Below are positions 37,792-49,702 of a DNA stretch of 51,396 bases, in pieces. The DNA is from Chiloscyllium plagiosum (lineage: Eukaryota). The notes under the pieces were generated by a model that searched no databases, had not been told where the DNA came from, and saw only the letters and a list, made by a program, of their open reading frames with translations. Position numbers and translations under genes: made by a program. The stretch's first letter is position 1; each line of letters starts with the position of its first letter. The stretch covers positions 77,801,260-77,852,655 of the forward strand of contig NC_057719.1 in assembly GCF_004010195.1 (NCBI RefSeq), written 5' to 3'.

Positions 37792-38661
37792 TTAGCAGAT
37801 TGTGTACCCTGGCATACTACCAACAGTAAAGTGTTGCTAATCCAGTGGGGACTTCTCTACTCCCTGGCCAATAATACTATCCCAGCACCGTCCGTATAGC
37901 CGTAGCAGCCTCCTAGCAAGGTGTATTCTCTACCAGCGGGACTTCTCTCCCCTCCCGACCACCACTACTAGTTGGTACCTACCAGTCGGCTGGGAATGCT
38001 GATTAAATAGGCCGGGACTCTTCACCCTCCCACCCACCACCACTATTCAAGCTCTGGCATTCTTCTATGGCCTGACAGGGTATCACGGTCATTCCATGTC
38101 TATGCTCCCCACCTTGGTTACGTGCGCTCCACTGAGGTTTGGCTCTTGGTCAGAGTGATCAGCTCCTCTTCCTCACCACATTGGAAGTCACAAGTACAGA
38201 CAGCACCTAACTTTTAACTCAAACTGTAACTGGGACTCTGTTGTTCGCCCCTACAAAGTCCAACGTTACCTGGCTTTGTCATGTGCTTCACAACTCCTAG
38301 TGCCCTTGGCGCCTCAATTCGCACTTCAAATCCCAAACTTTGTGGGGTTGTTGGGGCGGGAGGCTACCCCTCTTAACAACCGGCTTAGGGCAGGGCTTTT
38401 GAGACAGGCACTACTTTGTCCTCTGGCTGTTTCAGCACAAACAACAGATTCTTAGAGCAGTTAATACAGTTAAATGCTTATTCTCCACAGACATACACTT
38501 AAAATTTTTTAACTCCGTACAGTAGCAAAATAGACATTACAATCGGTATACCTTTTAAACTGTGTCCTTGGCCCGGTTTGGCTCTTCATGTTTGCAGGTA
38601 CAAAGTGGTTCTTACCCCGGCCCCCCGATTGTGTCCTTCGACTAGGGCACCAGTAATAAGA

Positions 38662-38679
38662 TCCCTGCTCGCAGCACCA
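38662..38679 (-). promoter_or_regulatory. Primer binding site, tRNA-Ser-like
   Basis: Minus strand TGGTGCTGCGAGCAGGGA follows the LTR end after a 2-nt spacer. It matches the complement of the 3' end of vertebrate tRNA-Ser(UGA), recalled as TGGCGCAGCGAGCAGGGT, at 15/18 positions. Confidence 0.8.
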
Positions 38680-38681
38680 AC

Positions 38682-39001
38682 TGTTGTGGGGAAAAATACC
38701 AATCTCTGAGTCAGAATCGGGGTTCAATGGCAAGAGTTTATTGCACAAGGAAATACTGGAACTCCGGGGAGAGAAAGACACCAACATCACAGTGGTCAGC
38801 TACGAGTCTTCTCTCAACCCGGAGCACGTGTCAAGAAACTTTTATACATCTTGTGATACAATAGGTCAGTGATGAGATTATTGTCTTTGTAACATGGTTT
38901 GTTTATGGCAATCATTGCAGAGTTGTTGATAGTTTTGATACAGTCTTTGTCAGTTCCAGCGCAGCTTTTGTTAATTTCCACATGGTCATTGTCAGTTTCA
39001 G
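38682..39001 (-). repeat. 5' LTR, truncated in distal U3
   Basis: Aligns by eye with 30632-~30945. Similarity is lost after ~39001-39019, so ~400 bp of U3 is absent. It ends in CA on the minus strand, 2 nt from the PBS. Confidence 0.88.
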
Positions 39002-40542
39002 CCACTATCAATGTCTGCAAATACAGCTTCATTGGTTGTTTATCTCTCTCTCTCTTTTTCTGAAGCTTTGTGTGCCAATTAAATGTCAGTTTCCCTATAT
39101 TACAATAATGTACTTTATTTCAGATAACACTTTGAAATAGTGAAAATACATGTTCTATTTCTTTCCTCCTATCTCAGAGTGTTAAAATCAGGTCCATCAT
39201 TCTCAATGTAATTGGGTTTTCAGTGACTTAAAATCTTGCCCATAATGTCACTCAGTGGTATCTATAATTTAGTTATGCCTGTGAAATCTAGCAAAACCAA
39301 TATTTTCTTAAGCAAAAATGCTTCCTATTTGTTTCAGGTACTTGATGGGCTTGACCAGTACAGCTAAAACTGCATTCTGCAGTAGGTTTATTGGGTAAAA
39401 TTTTGATTTTTCATTCGTGTATGCATAATTTGGGAGAAATGTTTTTAATCCAACATTTGTTTGTAGAAATTGCAGCTTTTCCTGTAAAAGAAACCAATTT
39501 GACTCTGGACAATTGGCAGGACAAATCTTACTTGTTAGTCACTTGAGCTAACTTCTGTGTTCTGTTTCACAAATATGAACTAAATGTTTTACAACTGAAG
39601 GCTTAAATTCCTCAACCTCAACTATTAGAGAGCTCGGCCTCTGAGGTCGCAAATGAGCCGCAAGTTTTAAAATATCTGAAGACTGATTTTGAACACCTTG
39701 ATCAACCCCTTATTTGCCCAACTATGTACTAAAATCAAATTGGATTTGTAGTAATTTTCCAAAGTTAAACATTTAATTTTCAAATAATATGTTGGTGTAT
39801 GAATTTTGAATCGATTGTATGGAAATAATTGTTAATCCCTGAGAGTAAAGTTCTGAATTTAGTGAGGGTGAAAAGTAACTAAATGAATCTCAGCAAAAAA
39901 AAAAATTCTGTTTAACGTTTACAGAACAATTGTAAGATTCGAGCAGCAGGTGTAGTTTCCAATTACTCGTGTCATATATTTTACTACCATATATAAAAAT
40001 ACCTGAAGTGAGTTCTTTAGTCCCTATTTCTGAAAGTCATTCTGAAATAGTGATAATTTGCAGCTGTACTGACTGCATTACATACTTGCACCAATTTAAG
40101 CTACGTTGTAATTTTTCATGAAAAAAGCAGCACTCCTGCATCTAACATTATCCAGTTATCCTCCATATCTTTGAAAATATGCACTGTTTTAGCCTATGTA
40201 TAATTTCAGATTGAATTAGTTACTGCTTTGTTTATTGTATTATTTTATCAAATTCCCTCTAGTCATAGAATCATACATTCATCCAGCACAGTAAAGGGCC
40301 TTCAACCCATCAAATCTGCATTGACATAACTACCTGCATTTGACCCATATTCTTGAATGTTATGATATTTGAAGTGGTTATCAATTTTTTGTTTTAAAGT
40401 TTGTAATTTTTCTGGCCTCCACTACCCTCCCAGGCAGTGTGTTCCATATTCCCACCACCTGCTGAGTGAAAATGTTTTTACCAAATCCCCTCTGAACCTC
40501 TTGCCCCTTACCCTAAAACTTTATGCCTTCTTGTGATTTTGA

Positions 40543-41621
40543 TCTAGATTAGAGTGGTGCTGGAAAAGCACAGCAGGTAAGGCAGCATCCGAGGAGCAGG
40601 AAAATCGACTTTTTGGGCAAAATTTCCATCATCAGGAATGAAGGCAGGGAGCCTCCGGGGTGGAGAGATAAATGGGAGAAGGTTGGGGTTGGGGAGAAGG
40701 TAGCCAAGAGTACAATATGTGAATGGAGGTGGAGATGAAGGTGATGGGTCAGAGAGGAGGGAGAGGATAGGTGGGAAGGAAGATTGACAGGTAGGACAGG
40801 TCATGAGGATGGTACTGAGCTGGAAGGTTGGAACCAGAGTAAGGTGGGGGGAGGGGAAATGAGGAAACTGGTGAAGTCCACATTGATGCCCTGGGGTTGA
40901 ATTGTTCCGAGGCGGGAGATGAGGCTTTCTTCCTCCAGGCGTCGGTTGGTGAGGGAGTGGCCGTGGAGGAGGCCCAAGACTGCATGTTCTTGGCAGCGTG
41001 GGAAGGGGAGTTGAAGTGTTGGGCCATCAGGCAGTGGGGTTGATTGGTGCGGGTGTCCCAGAGATGTTCCCTAAAGCGCTCTGTGAGAAGGCGTCCATCT
41101 CCCCGAAGTAGAGGAGACCGCATCGGGTGTATCTGATACAATAAATGACATTGGTGGATGTGCAGGTGAAACTTTGGATGTGAAAGTCTCCTTTGGGGCC
41201 TTGGATGAAGATGAGGGGGGAGGTGCAATTCCTGCGGTGGCAGCGGAAGGTGCCAGGAGGGGTGGGTGGATTGTTGGGGGGCGTGGACCTGACCAGGTAG
41301 TCATGGAGGGAACAGTCTTTGCGGAAAGGGGTGGGGAGGCAAATATATCCCTGGTGGTGTGGTCTGCTCCACCGTCCTCTCTGACCTATTACCTCCATCT
41401 CCACCTCCATCCACTTACTGTACTCTTGGCTACCTTCTCCCCAGCCCCACCCCCCCCCCCCTTTTCCCNNNNNNNNNNNNNNNNNNNNNNNNNNNNNNNN
41501 NNNNNNNNNNNNNNNNNNNNNNNNNNNNNCGTATGCTGCCTGACCTGCTGTGCTTTTCCAGCACCACTCTAATCTAGACTCTGATTTCCAGCATCTGCAG
41601 TACCCACTTCTGCCTTTTTTA
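40543..41621 (-). mobile_element. Penelope-like element (GIY-YIG fragment) with inverted terminal copy and 9-bp TSD, inserted in a CR1
   Basis: Minus-strand NVIYCIRYTRCGLLYFGE...ERFREHL. 40544-40770 is mirrored by 41362-41577. TSD tgattttga at 40534-40542 and 41622-41630. Confidence 0.88.
41469..41529. other. Assembly gap (61 N)
   Basis: Run of n characters inside the inverted arm of the Penelope element. Confidence 1.
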
Positions 41622-41715
41622 TGATTTTGACCCCTCAACCAAGAGGGTCTCCATTCACCTTATCCATACCCCTCAATCTTCTACACCTCAATCATGTCGT
41701 TCCTCAGTCTTCTCT

Positions 41716-42041
41716 GATTAGATTAGATTAGATTAGATTACTTACAGTGTGGAAACAGGCCCTTCGGCCCAACAAGTCCACACCGATCCGCCGAAGCGCA
41801 ACCCACCCATACCCCTACATTTACCCCTTTAACCTAACACTACGGGCAATTTAGCATGGCCAATTCACCTGACCCGCACATTTTTGGATTGTGGGAGGAA
41901 ACCGGAGCACCCGGAGGAAACCCACGCAGACACGGGGAGAACGTGCAAACTCCACACAGTCAGTCGCCTGAGTCGGGAATTGAACCCGGGTCTCTGGCGC
42001 TGTGAGGCAGCAGTGCTAACCACTGTGCCACCGTGCCGCCC
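41716..42041 (-). mobile_element. HE1-like V-SINE (tRNA-derived), apparently full length
   Basis: Minus strand GGGCGGCACGGTGGCACAGTGGTTAGCAC (A box)...GGTTCAATTCC (B box), V-domain GTGTGGAGTTTGCACGTTCTCCCCGTGTCTGCGTGGGTTT, CR1-like tail and (TCTAA)n end. CpGs are retained. Confidence 0.92.
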
Positions 42042-45000
42042 ACTGCTCGAAAGAAAACAATCTAAGCATATCTGGTCTCTCCTTTATAGCTCAATTTCTT
42101 CATCCCAGGAAACATACTGGTGAACCATCTCTATATCACTTTCAGTGCTATCACTTACTCCCTGTAGTGAGGCAACCAGTGCTGCACATACTGCTCCTGT
42201 TGTGGCCTGATCAACACTCTGTACAATTCCAATATTACCTGCTTGCTCTTATACGTTATGCCACGCCTGTGTCCCATATGCTGCCTTAACTATCCTAGTC
42301 ACACGTTCTGCTGACTTCAGGGACCTATGAATAATTACCCAAAGGTCCCTGTATTCGTATAAGCTATCCAGTGTCCTGCCATTCATTTAAATATACGCTC
42401 ATCTTGTTTTTTCTTCCAAAGTGCGAGATGATGCACTTATCAGAGTTAAATACCATCTGTCATCTGACCAATCCATTTATATATTCCTGTGATCTAAAAC
42501 CATCTTTGCTATTAACCACTCTACTAATCTTGGTGTCGTCTGCATGTTTTCTGAACATTTGCCTTCACATTTATATCCTTTATGTATATAAACCACCAAT
42601 AAGCATCCCAGTACTCATCCTTGTGGTACACCATTTGTCACCGGCCTCCAGTCACTCAGTCAGTCTTCTACTATTACCCTTTGTCCTATTATGAAGACAG
42701 TTTTTTATCCATCTTGCCAGGTTTCCTTCAATTCCATGTGCTTTAATCTTCTCAATCAGTCTCCCATGTGGGACTTGTCAAAAGCTTTACTAAAATCCAT
42801 ATAAACTACATCAGCTAACTTGCCTCATCCACATACTTGATCACATTTTCAACAAAATTCTAACAAATTTGTAAGGCATGACCTCCCTCTGATAAAGCAC
42901 TGCTGACTATCCCTAATTAACCCATGCTTTTCCAAGTGGATATTAATTCATTCTTTCAGAATTTTTTCCAATAGTTTCCCTACCACTGATGTGACACTCA
43001 CCGGTCTACAATTTCCTGGTTCATCTCTACCACCTTCTTAAAACGTAGAACCACATTTGCCACCCTCCAGTTCTCTGGCACTTCACCCATGGCCGGAGAG
43101 GAAATAAAAATTTATATCAGAGCCCTTGTAATTTCCTGCCTCACCTCCAACAGCAGTCTTGGATGCAGTTCATTTGGGCTCGGGGATTTGTTTTTAAGCC
43201 TGACAGAGTCTCCAATACTACCCCATTTCCTATGTCAAACTGTGCAAGTTCCTTAGAGTCCCTTTTCCTGAATTCCGTATCTATGTTCTCCTTTCAGTCT
43301 CTACTCTGAAAAAGAAGTATTCATTCAGCACCCTTCCAAAATCCTGTAGCTTCTCAGACACATTGTCCCCATGGTCCCTAATGGGCCCTTCTCTTTCCCT
43401 AGTTAACCTCTTCACATTAGTGTATCAATAAAACATCTTTAAGTTTCTCTCTAATCCTGTTCGCAAATTCTTTTTTTTTAATGAGCTCTTTTTGCTCTGC
43501 CAAGTGTTTTCTTAAATGCACTTCCTGTACTCCTCTAGGGCAGTAGCTAAATTGCTCCTTTTGGACTCGGTAAAAGCCCTATTCCTACTTACCTTGTCCT
43601 GAGTTGTCCTAGTCATTCAGGATTCTCTGAACTTATTGCTTCTACATTTCCCTCCAAAGACTACATGTTGCACCTGAACACACTCCAGCAGCTTTTTGAA
43701 TGCCCCCCCCCCCATTGCTTCTCATAACTCTTTCCTATTTCAGCATTCGCTCTGTCAAAATGATTGCCATACACCGAAGTAGATCAAAAACAGAAACCTA
43801 TGCAATATCATTCCACACTTAGAGCAAACCATAATCTGAGCCCCTGCAAAGTATTGATTTCCGTTGCAAGCATGCTACTCCTATGTAGCAAAACCCATGT
43901 TTAGGTCAGTGCAAGTTCCTTGCTGTCAGACCATGTTTGAATTGTAGAAACCTTTTTTTGATCTGTTACAGCTTCTTGAAATAATTCAATAGCAGCTACT
44001 TCTTCCTCTTTTCTTCATCATTCCCTATCAATCCATCAATTGCTTTCTGCAAAGAATAATATTGGTCTGGGGAAAGTTTTGATTCTTAATGAGGAACAAT
44101 CCTCTGTTTGAAGATTTCAGGGTGAATATTTTGTCCAGCTGTTAACATACAACTCAGTCCATTGAAAAGGAAAAAGGAGTAATTTGTTTGCTCTCATGAA
44201 AGATTATCAACCTGAAAGATTAACTCCGTTTCTCCTAGATACTACCAAGCCTTCAGCGTTTTTCCACCATTTCTTGTTTTTATTGTAACTTATTAGATAT
44301 TTGTGGGGATAGATTTGGTTCAGTCTTCATTCTGAAGAACGTTCAGCAGCTCAGGAAGCTATCTGTTTATAATGTTGAAGTTTTTCCAATTGAGGGGAAG
44401 ATACCATTTGTTGTAAGAGCCATATAGCTCAATAGTTGGGTTAGTTCCATTGGGCTATATGCTACTATGATAATTCAAGGCCACTGGTCAACTAGGGAAA
44501 CACACAGTTACATTCATCATTTGCTTTAATGGCAAAACTTTTTTTATAATGCAATGTCCGAAACTTGAATGTGAGCTAAGTGTTTGACCACCATGGAGAA
44601 GTAGGATTACCTTGTTATATAGCATCTTACTGACATTTTCCTTACCAGGTTAAATTCTAATTGACAGAAGAACTGTGCACCATGAAAGCAGAAACTTTGC
44701 ACAGAGAAGGAAGGAGTTAGGAGGGTACATCTCATAGGGCTAAACTGTCCTCGTAGGAAATCAAGTGCTTGGATGATTAGTTCAGAGAACTGTAAAATAA
44801 ATTGATAGACTCATCTTGATTGGTTATTACATTATCTCTGGCAATTCATTCAATTGCCCAATTCTGCAAGCTGTTAACTGTGCCAATATGCAAATATGTA
44901 AGTAAAATGGTGTAGCCATGGGCTAAATTTTAAAATGCACAACAAAGAAAAAGGTTGATTTCAGCAATAAATTCAGACAAAAATTGTCTCGCTGAAGGTT

Positions 45001-45444
45001 GAAAAAAAATTCAATTAAGTTGAAAATAACAGAACTAAAATTAAATAGTTTAAAAAGAAGCTTGTAGCCATGCTGGTGAAACAAGCTGATATCAGAAGAC
45101 TGATTTTCCCCTTCAAGTTCCTGTTTGAAGATGTATATGATGTCTCTTAATAGCCACACTATGTCCTTAACAGTTTAACAGGTTTACAAAGGCAAAACTA
45201 GGTATAAATGTTGGCCTAGGACAATTATAATGGAGGAAAAAGCTGACACTGTGACAACAGGAAGCTAAGTGGTCTTTAGCAAGAAGTGCATACAGAGGTA
45301 AGATGTTAATGTACAGGATTATTCTATAGATTTATCATTGTGTTCCACTTGCAATAAACTGTTTGAACAGCTGAAAACTGGAGGCCAGTGTGACTGATGT
45401 TAGCTATTGGTGTCCCACCTCAACAATACTGAAATATTTTCAAA

Positions 45445-45530
45445 ATTAAAAATCTCACAACACTAAGTTATAGTCCAACAGGTTTATTTGGAAGCACTAG
45501 CTTTCAGAGCACCCCTCCTCCTTCAGGTGG
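45445..45530 (-). repeat. Short Penelope-type terminal remnant (copies at ~23755-23817 and ~50792-50875)
   Basis: Three copies of ttaaaaatc.cacaacacc.ggttatagtccaacagg..tatttggaagcactagct. The copies at 45445 and 50792 are followed by a decayed hammerhead-like core on the minus strand. Confidence 0.6.
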
Positions 45531-48500
45531 TTGTGGAAGTTCAGATCATGCTGATAGTGAAAGGAGTCCAGTGTCATGGAGATGTGATGCAGTAAACAAT
45601 CTTCGACTAAAACTTCCATCTTAAAACCAGCATATTCAATTGCAAAAGATGACATTTTTAATCTTCACAAAATAATTTTACAATATATTTCCTATAGCAT
45701 GAAACCCAGTTTTCATACTGAGGTCTCATTATAGTTTCTCAAGGCTCATTATATTTCCTGGCTTGTATTCCATGGATCTTTACAGCAAACCTAAAGTACC
45801 ATTTTAATCTTTATAATAGTTGTATCAATCTGAGGTGCTGCCTATATTCTTTTATGAACCCATTTGCTTCTGCAATACAGCAGAATTCTTATTAGCTGTA
45901 TTAGCTATGAGATAGAAGCAATGAGGAATTATCCATAAAATAACTGCTTAACTGCATTAATTACCTCCTTCATGCATGTAGACATATGGAAAGCTTCATC
46001 CTCTCCTAATTAGAATTCAACTTGATATTCCCCCTTTGGTAAGGGATAAACAAGAATGGGTATTTCATGAAACTTTTAGGAGTATGTTACTCCTTTTCAA
46101 ATAAAATTTATGTGCAATGTTTTAAGATACTTCTGAGTTCAAAGTGGTTGAAAATGGAATCTGAATACAAGAAATTTGATCATACCAGGATGTCCACTAG
46201 CTCGAGGTCAAGTTGAGCAAGTAGCACATGGGATATCCATAATATATACAGCTGCACACACTAATGTAGGTTCTTCTTATGAAAATCAACCGTAATGTGT
46301 CACTCAGGAGCTTGTATTTGTAAATGTAGTCTCATCCTCATGAAAGATGATAATGTGATCATCCCTCGTAGCCACTCTTCTCTAAATCATGTGCACTTGA
46401 ATTGGTTTTTGAAAAACAAAGTGGGATGTTTTCATCAAATTCAAATGACGTAGATAAATCACTCAAACTTGGATCTTTTATCTGTATCCACTAGCTTTGT
46501 AGGCTTGTAATACCATCCATTCTGCAAGATGTATCCCCCTACAAGCAAGAGGATCGAAGGATGCATTAATGTTGCATTTGGAGTTTGTTGCTGGCTTGCG
46601 ATATGCTGTGCAGTATAACTTCATTGTGAATGGTGTAGCACATGGTTGGGATTGTTCACAAAGTACGCTAATTTATTTTGAACAATATTCATGCCCATCA
46701 TCTGAATTCCATTATGCCTTCCCAGTGTGTGTGGTTTTCCTCTGCTAAAGTCTGAGTATCACAGCATAATGGTGACTATAATTCACTTGAACACCTGGCA
46801 GCGCGCACATAGATATTGTCCTCCTGAATTTATTTGGGATAAAAGAATTTGAAAATATTATCATATGAAATAAATTTAAGCATTATAAGATATGTGTCTA
46901 CTACTTCGTATTTGAAGCATCAGTTTGTTTTGTTTGCAAGGCCTCCATCTATATGCTTGCATCACAATGAACATTTGCAAAATTTGTCCCTGTATGCTTC
47001 TGTGGTGGAATTATAATTAATAGTTATGTCAATGAGCTAGTGATGTATCATGATGTAACAGTGGCATCAGTCACATGTAAGAGTCGAGAAGAGAAATGGA
47101 ATAACTGGCATAATATAGAGGTGTACTTAACTTCAGCATCTTGAATGTACTAGTCTAGTGTAAATAAAGAGGATTTGAAGAGACATGCTGGAGTTAGACT
47201 TGGGTCAGTCATAAGTAGAGACTTCTCATTCCAGAATAGACCAGAAGTTAACCAAAGAGAGATCCCAGTTGTAGTTAAAGTGGAACCAAGCCACGGCCAC
47301 CTATATAATTCTAATCCTGCCCTGTTGAAATTGTTACCAGGTTGTACGTGATTTATTGTTATAAAAACAATTTTATCTTGCTGTTGCCCAACTTTGGAAT
47401 ATGTTCACAGGAAAGAGATCATAAACTGAGTCATAATTGAACTTTTTACTTTGAAGCTATTGCATCAATAAACTGATTTATTTTATGGAGGAACTGTTTA
47501 ACAGGAGATTGTGATGAAAATCAGTCTTAGAAAAGAAGTGATGTGATTTGAAATAACTTGATACTTCCCAGATGATGGGTGCAGGACATCTTGTATGTGG
47601 GAAGCTGAACCCCTAACTTCAGCGCATCTTGGAATCAGATTCAGAGAGTTCTTTGTTTTTTTTTTGAAAGCCAATTCTTGTGGATTTATATGGTTCTGTC
47701 TCGGTTTCTTTTATACATTTGAAAATTGATTTATTTCTATTAGTTAGATTTCCACTAAATATCTGAACTTGAGGGTTTGAAATTGATTTGTGTTTCTCGA
47801 TTGTCTAACAGTTGGAGTGACTTTTAAGTGTAGCAGGTTAATGGTTAAAATAGATCTAGTCTGTTGAGGAATCATTCGTAATTTCAGGTTGTTTGTGCTA
47901 TTCTCCAGCAAAGTGTACTTTTAAATGTGGGATCTATGTTCCTAGCAATAGCTCTCTTTAGTTTCATGTGTGATACCCACTTTTGGTGGTTGTACAGAAT
48001 AATGTTTCCAGGCTGTCCAAGACTCTCCCAGTATATCATGTGGACAGGCTTTGGTGGCTTGTAACTAAATTTTTACAGCTTTGATCCAAGGCAGAGAAGG
48101 ATTTTATTGGTAAACTAATCTGTGCTTTACTGTGACCAAAAAACTACATTACTTCCAAAATAATATATCATGTCTTAACTATACCTCTTTGCAAATTGAA
48201 ACAACAATAAAACAAATAATCTGACCATTAATTTCAACAGTGACAACTGGTGGCAAATTCTGATTGTAACTAAACTGGTAAAATGGATGCAGAGGGAATT
48301 CAATTTTGATTTCTAAGCAGCCAATCTTGATTTATGAACCTTGTGGGGAGTATTCCCAGGTAATGCATTGTGAAGACCGTTCTTGTTGAATCTTTGTTGT
48401 GTACCTGTGAATAGTTGTGCCATCCACAAATTTTTGAACATTTTGCTATTTCATGTGATGTGGACATCACTCTAGAGATCAGGATTTGTTGCTTGTACTT

Positions 48501-49234
48501 AATTGCCTTTAAACTGGCTTGAGATTTTGGAGAGCAATTAAAAGCCAGCTCATTGCGATAGGTTTGGAGTCATATGCAAGCCTGACTAGTAAGGGTGGCA
48601 GAATTCCTATCCAAACAACATCAGTAAGCTAGCTCGATTTTCACAACAATGATAGTTTTGTGGCCACGATTATTGAGAGCAACCTTTAGTTCCAGATTTT
48701 ATTAATCAATTAAATGTAAATTTCGTCTCCTGCCTTTGTAGGGTTTGAACCTACAGGCCTCTGGATTATTAATCTAGTGACATCCATCCCCCTGATGTGA
48801 TGTGCATCTTTGCCTGACTAGTATCTAGGTAAATGATGGCAAGATGTAGGAATCAACCAGAACACTCACCTTCCACCAAATCTTTCCTGTTATGTGATTT
48901 CAATTAACTGATTATAAAATAATCAGATTCGGGCAATTCATTCTATGTAGTTAAAATTAATGAATGAAACCCTATTTTGCCCTTTTGTGTAAAAATAACT
49001 CCTCTTTGCCACAACTATAGTTGTCAGTCAAAAATTGTCATGGCAAGATATTTTGATTTGGTACCAAGTTAGCTGAAACAGTTTTGAGAATGTGCATTGT
49101 CACTTCAGAGACAAATGTACGAATAGACAATTTTTGTTACCATTGTTTGTCAATGAAGAATTTTATTTACTTTCACCCAGTTTGAAATTTCTAATGATTG
49201 AAGTGTTATCCATCTAGCCAACATGAAATCAATA

Positions 49235-49702
49235 GAACAATAAGTCAGAGGTTTACCAGGATGTTGCTGGGAATGAAGGGTTTGAGTTATAAGGAGCAGC
49301 TCGGACTATTTTCACTGGTGCGTAGAAAATTGAGGGGTGGCCTTCATGGAGTTTACAAAAATCGTGAGTGGTGTCGATAATGTGCATGACAGGTGTCTTT
49401 TCCCTAGGGTGGGAATTGCAAGGCTAAAGGGCTTGTTTTTAAGGTGAAGCCTTAGATGTTAAAAAACACGTGGCAACTTTTTCACACATTGGTTTGTGTA
49501 TGGAATGAACTTCTAGAGGAAGTGGTGGATGCAGGTACAGTTACAACATTTAAAAGACATTTAGGTAAGTACATGAATAGGAAAAGTTTGGAGGGATATG
49601 AGCCAAGTGCAGGCAGATGGGACTAGTTTAGTTTGGGATTATCATCGGCTTGGACTGATTGGACTAAAGGTCTGTTTCTGTGCTGTATGACTCTGACTCT
49701 AT
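49235..49702 (+). mobile_element. CR1-clade LINE 3' fragment
   Basis: QRFTRMLLGMKGLSYKEQL followed by the same 3' UTR as 8600-8998. Confidence 0.88.

Larger units (their letters stand above)
30632..39001 (-). mobile_element. Endogenous retrovirus provirus (LTR-PBS-gag-pro-pol-env-PPT-LTR), decayed; class III / SnRV-like pol
   Basis: Direct repeats begin tgttgtggggaaaaa at 30632 and 38682. A PBS lies next to the right LTR and a purine tract next to the left LTR. Minus-strand motifs occur in retroviral order: zinc knuckles, DTG protease, YVDD RT, RNase H (FVDGS, AELEAL, YTDSQY), integrase (HHCC, HLQID, SSGMVER, GPY) and TM env. All ORFs carry stops and frameshifts. Confidence 0.97.
40262..43720 (-). 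mobile_element. Old CR1-clade LINE interrupted by a Penelope element and a SINE
   Basis: CR1 3' UTR at 40262-40540 resumes at 41622. RT-region remnants (aaagctttactaaaatccatataaactacatc, i.e. DVVYMDFSKAF on minus) occur at ~42780. Confidence 0.8.

Noticed and set aside
33092..37899. Plus-strand ORFs over the provirus as antisense genes
   Set aside because: They are short shadows of gag/pol codon structure, with no independent evidence.
38509..38790. 93-aa ORF spanning R-U5-PBS as a possible accessory or leader protein
   Set aside because: Its ATG is not present in the other LTR copy (CTG there). It has no signal-peptide or domain features and overlaps cis-acting sites.
41716..41740. (GATTA)n array as a CRISPR-like or telomere-like repeat
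   Set aside because: It is the simple-repeat tail of the SINE, with no spacers, in eukaryotic DNA.
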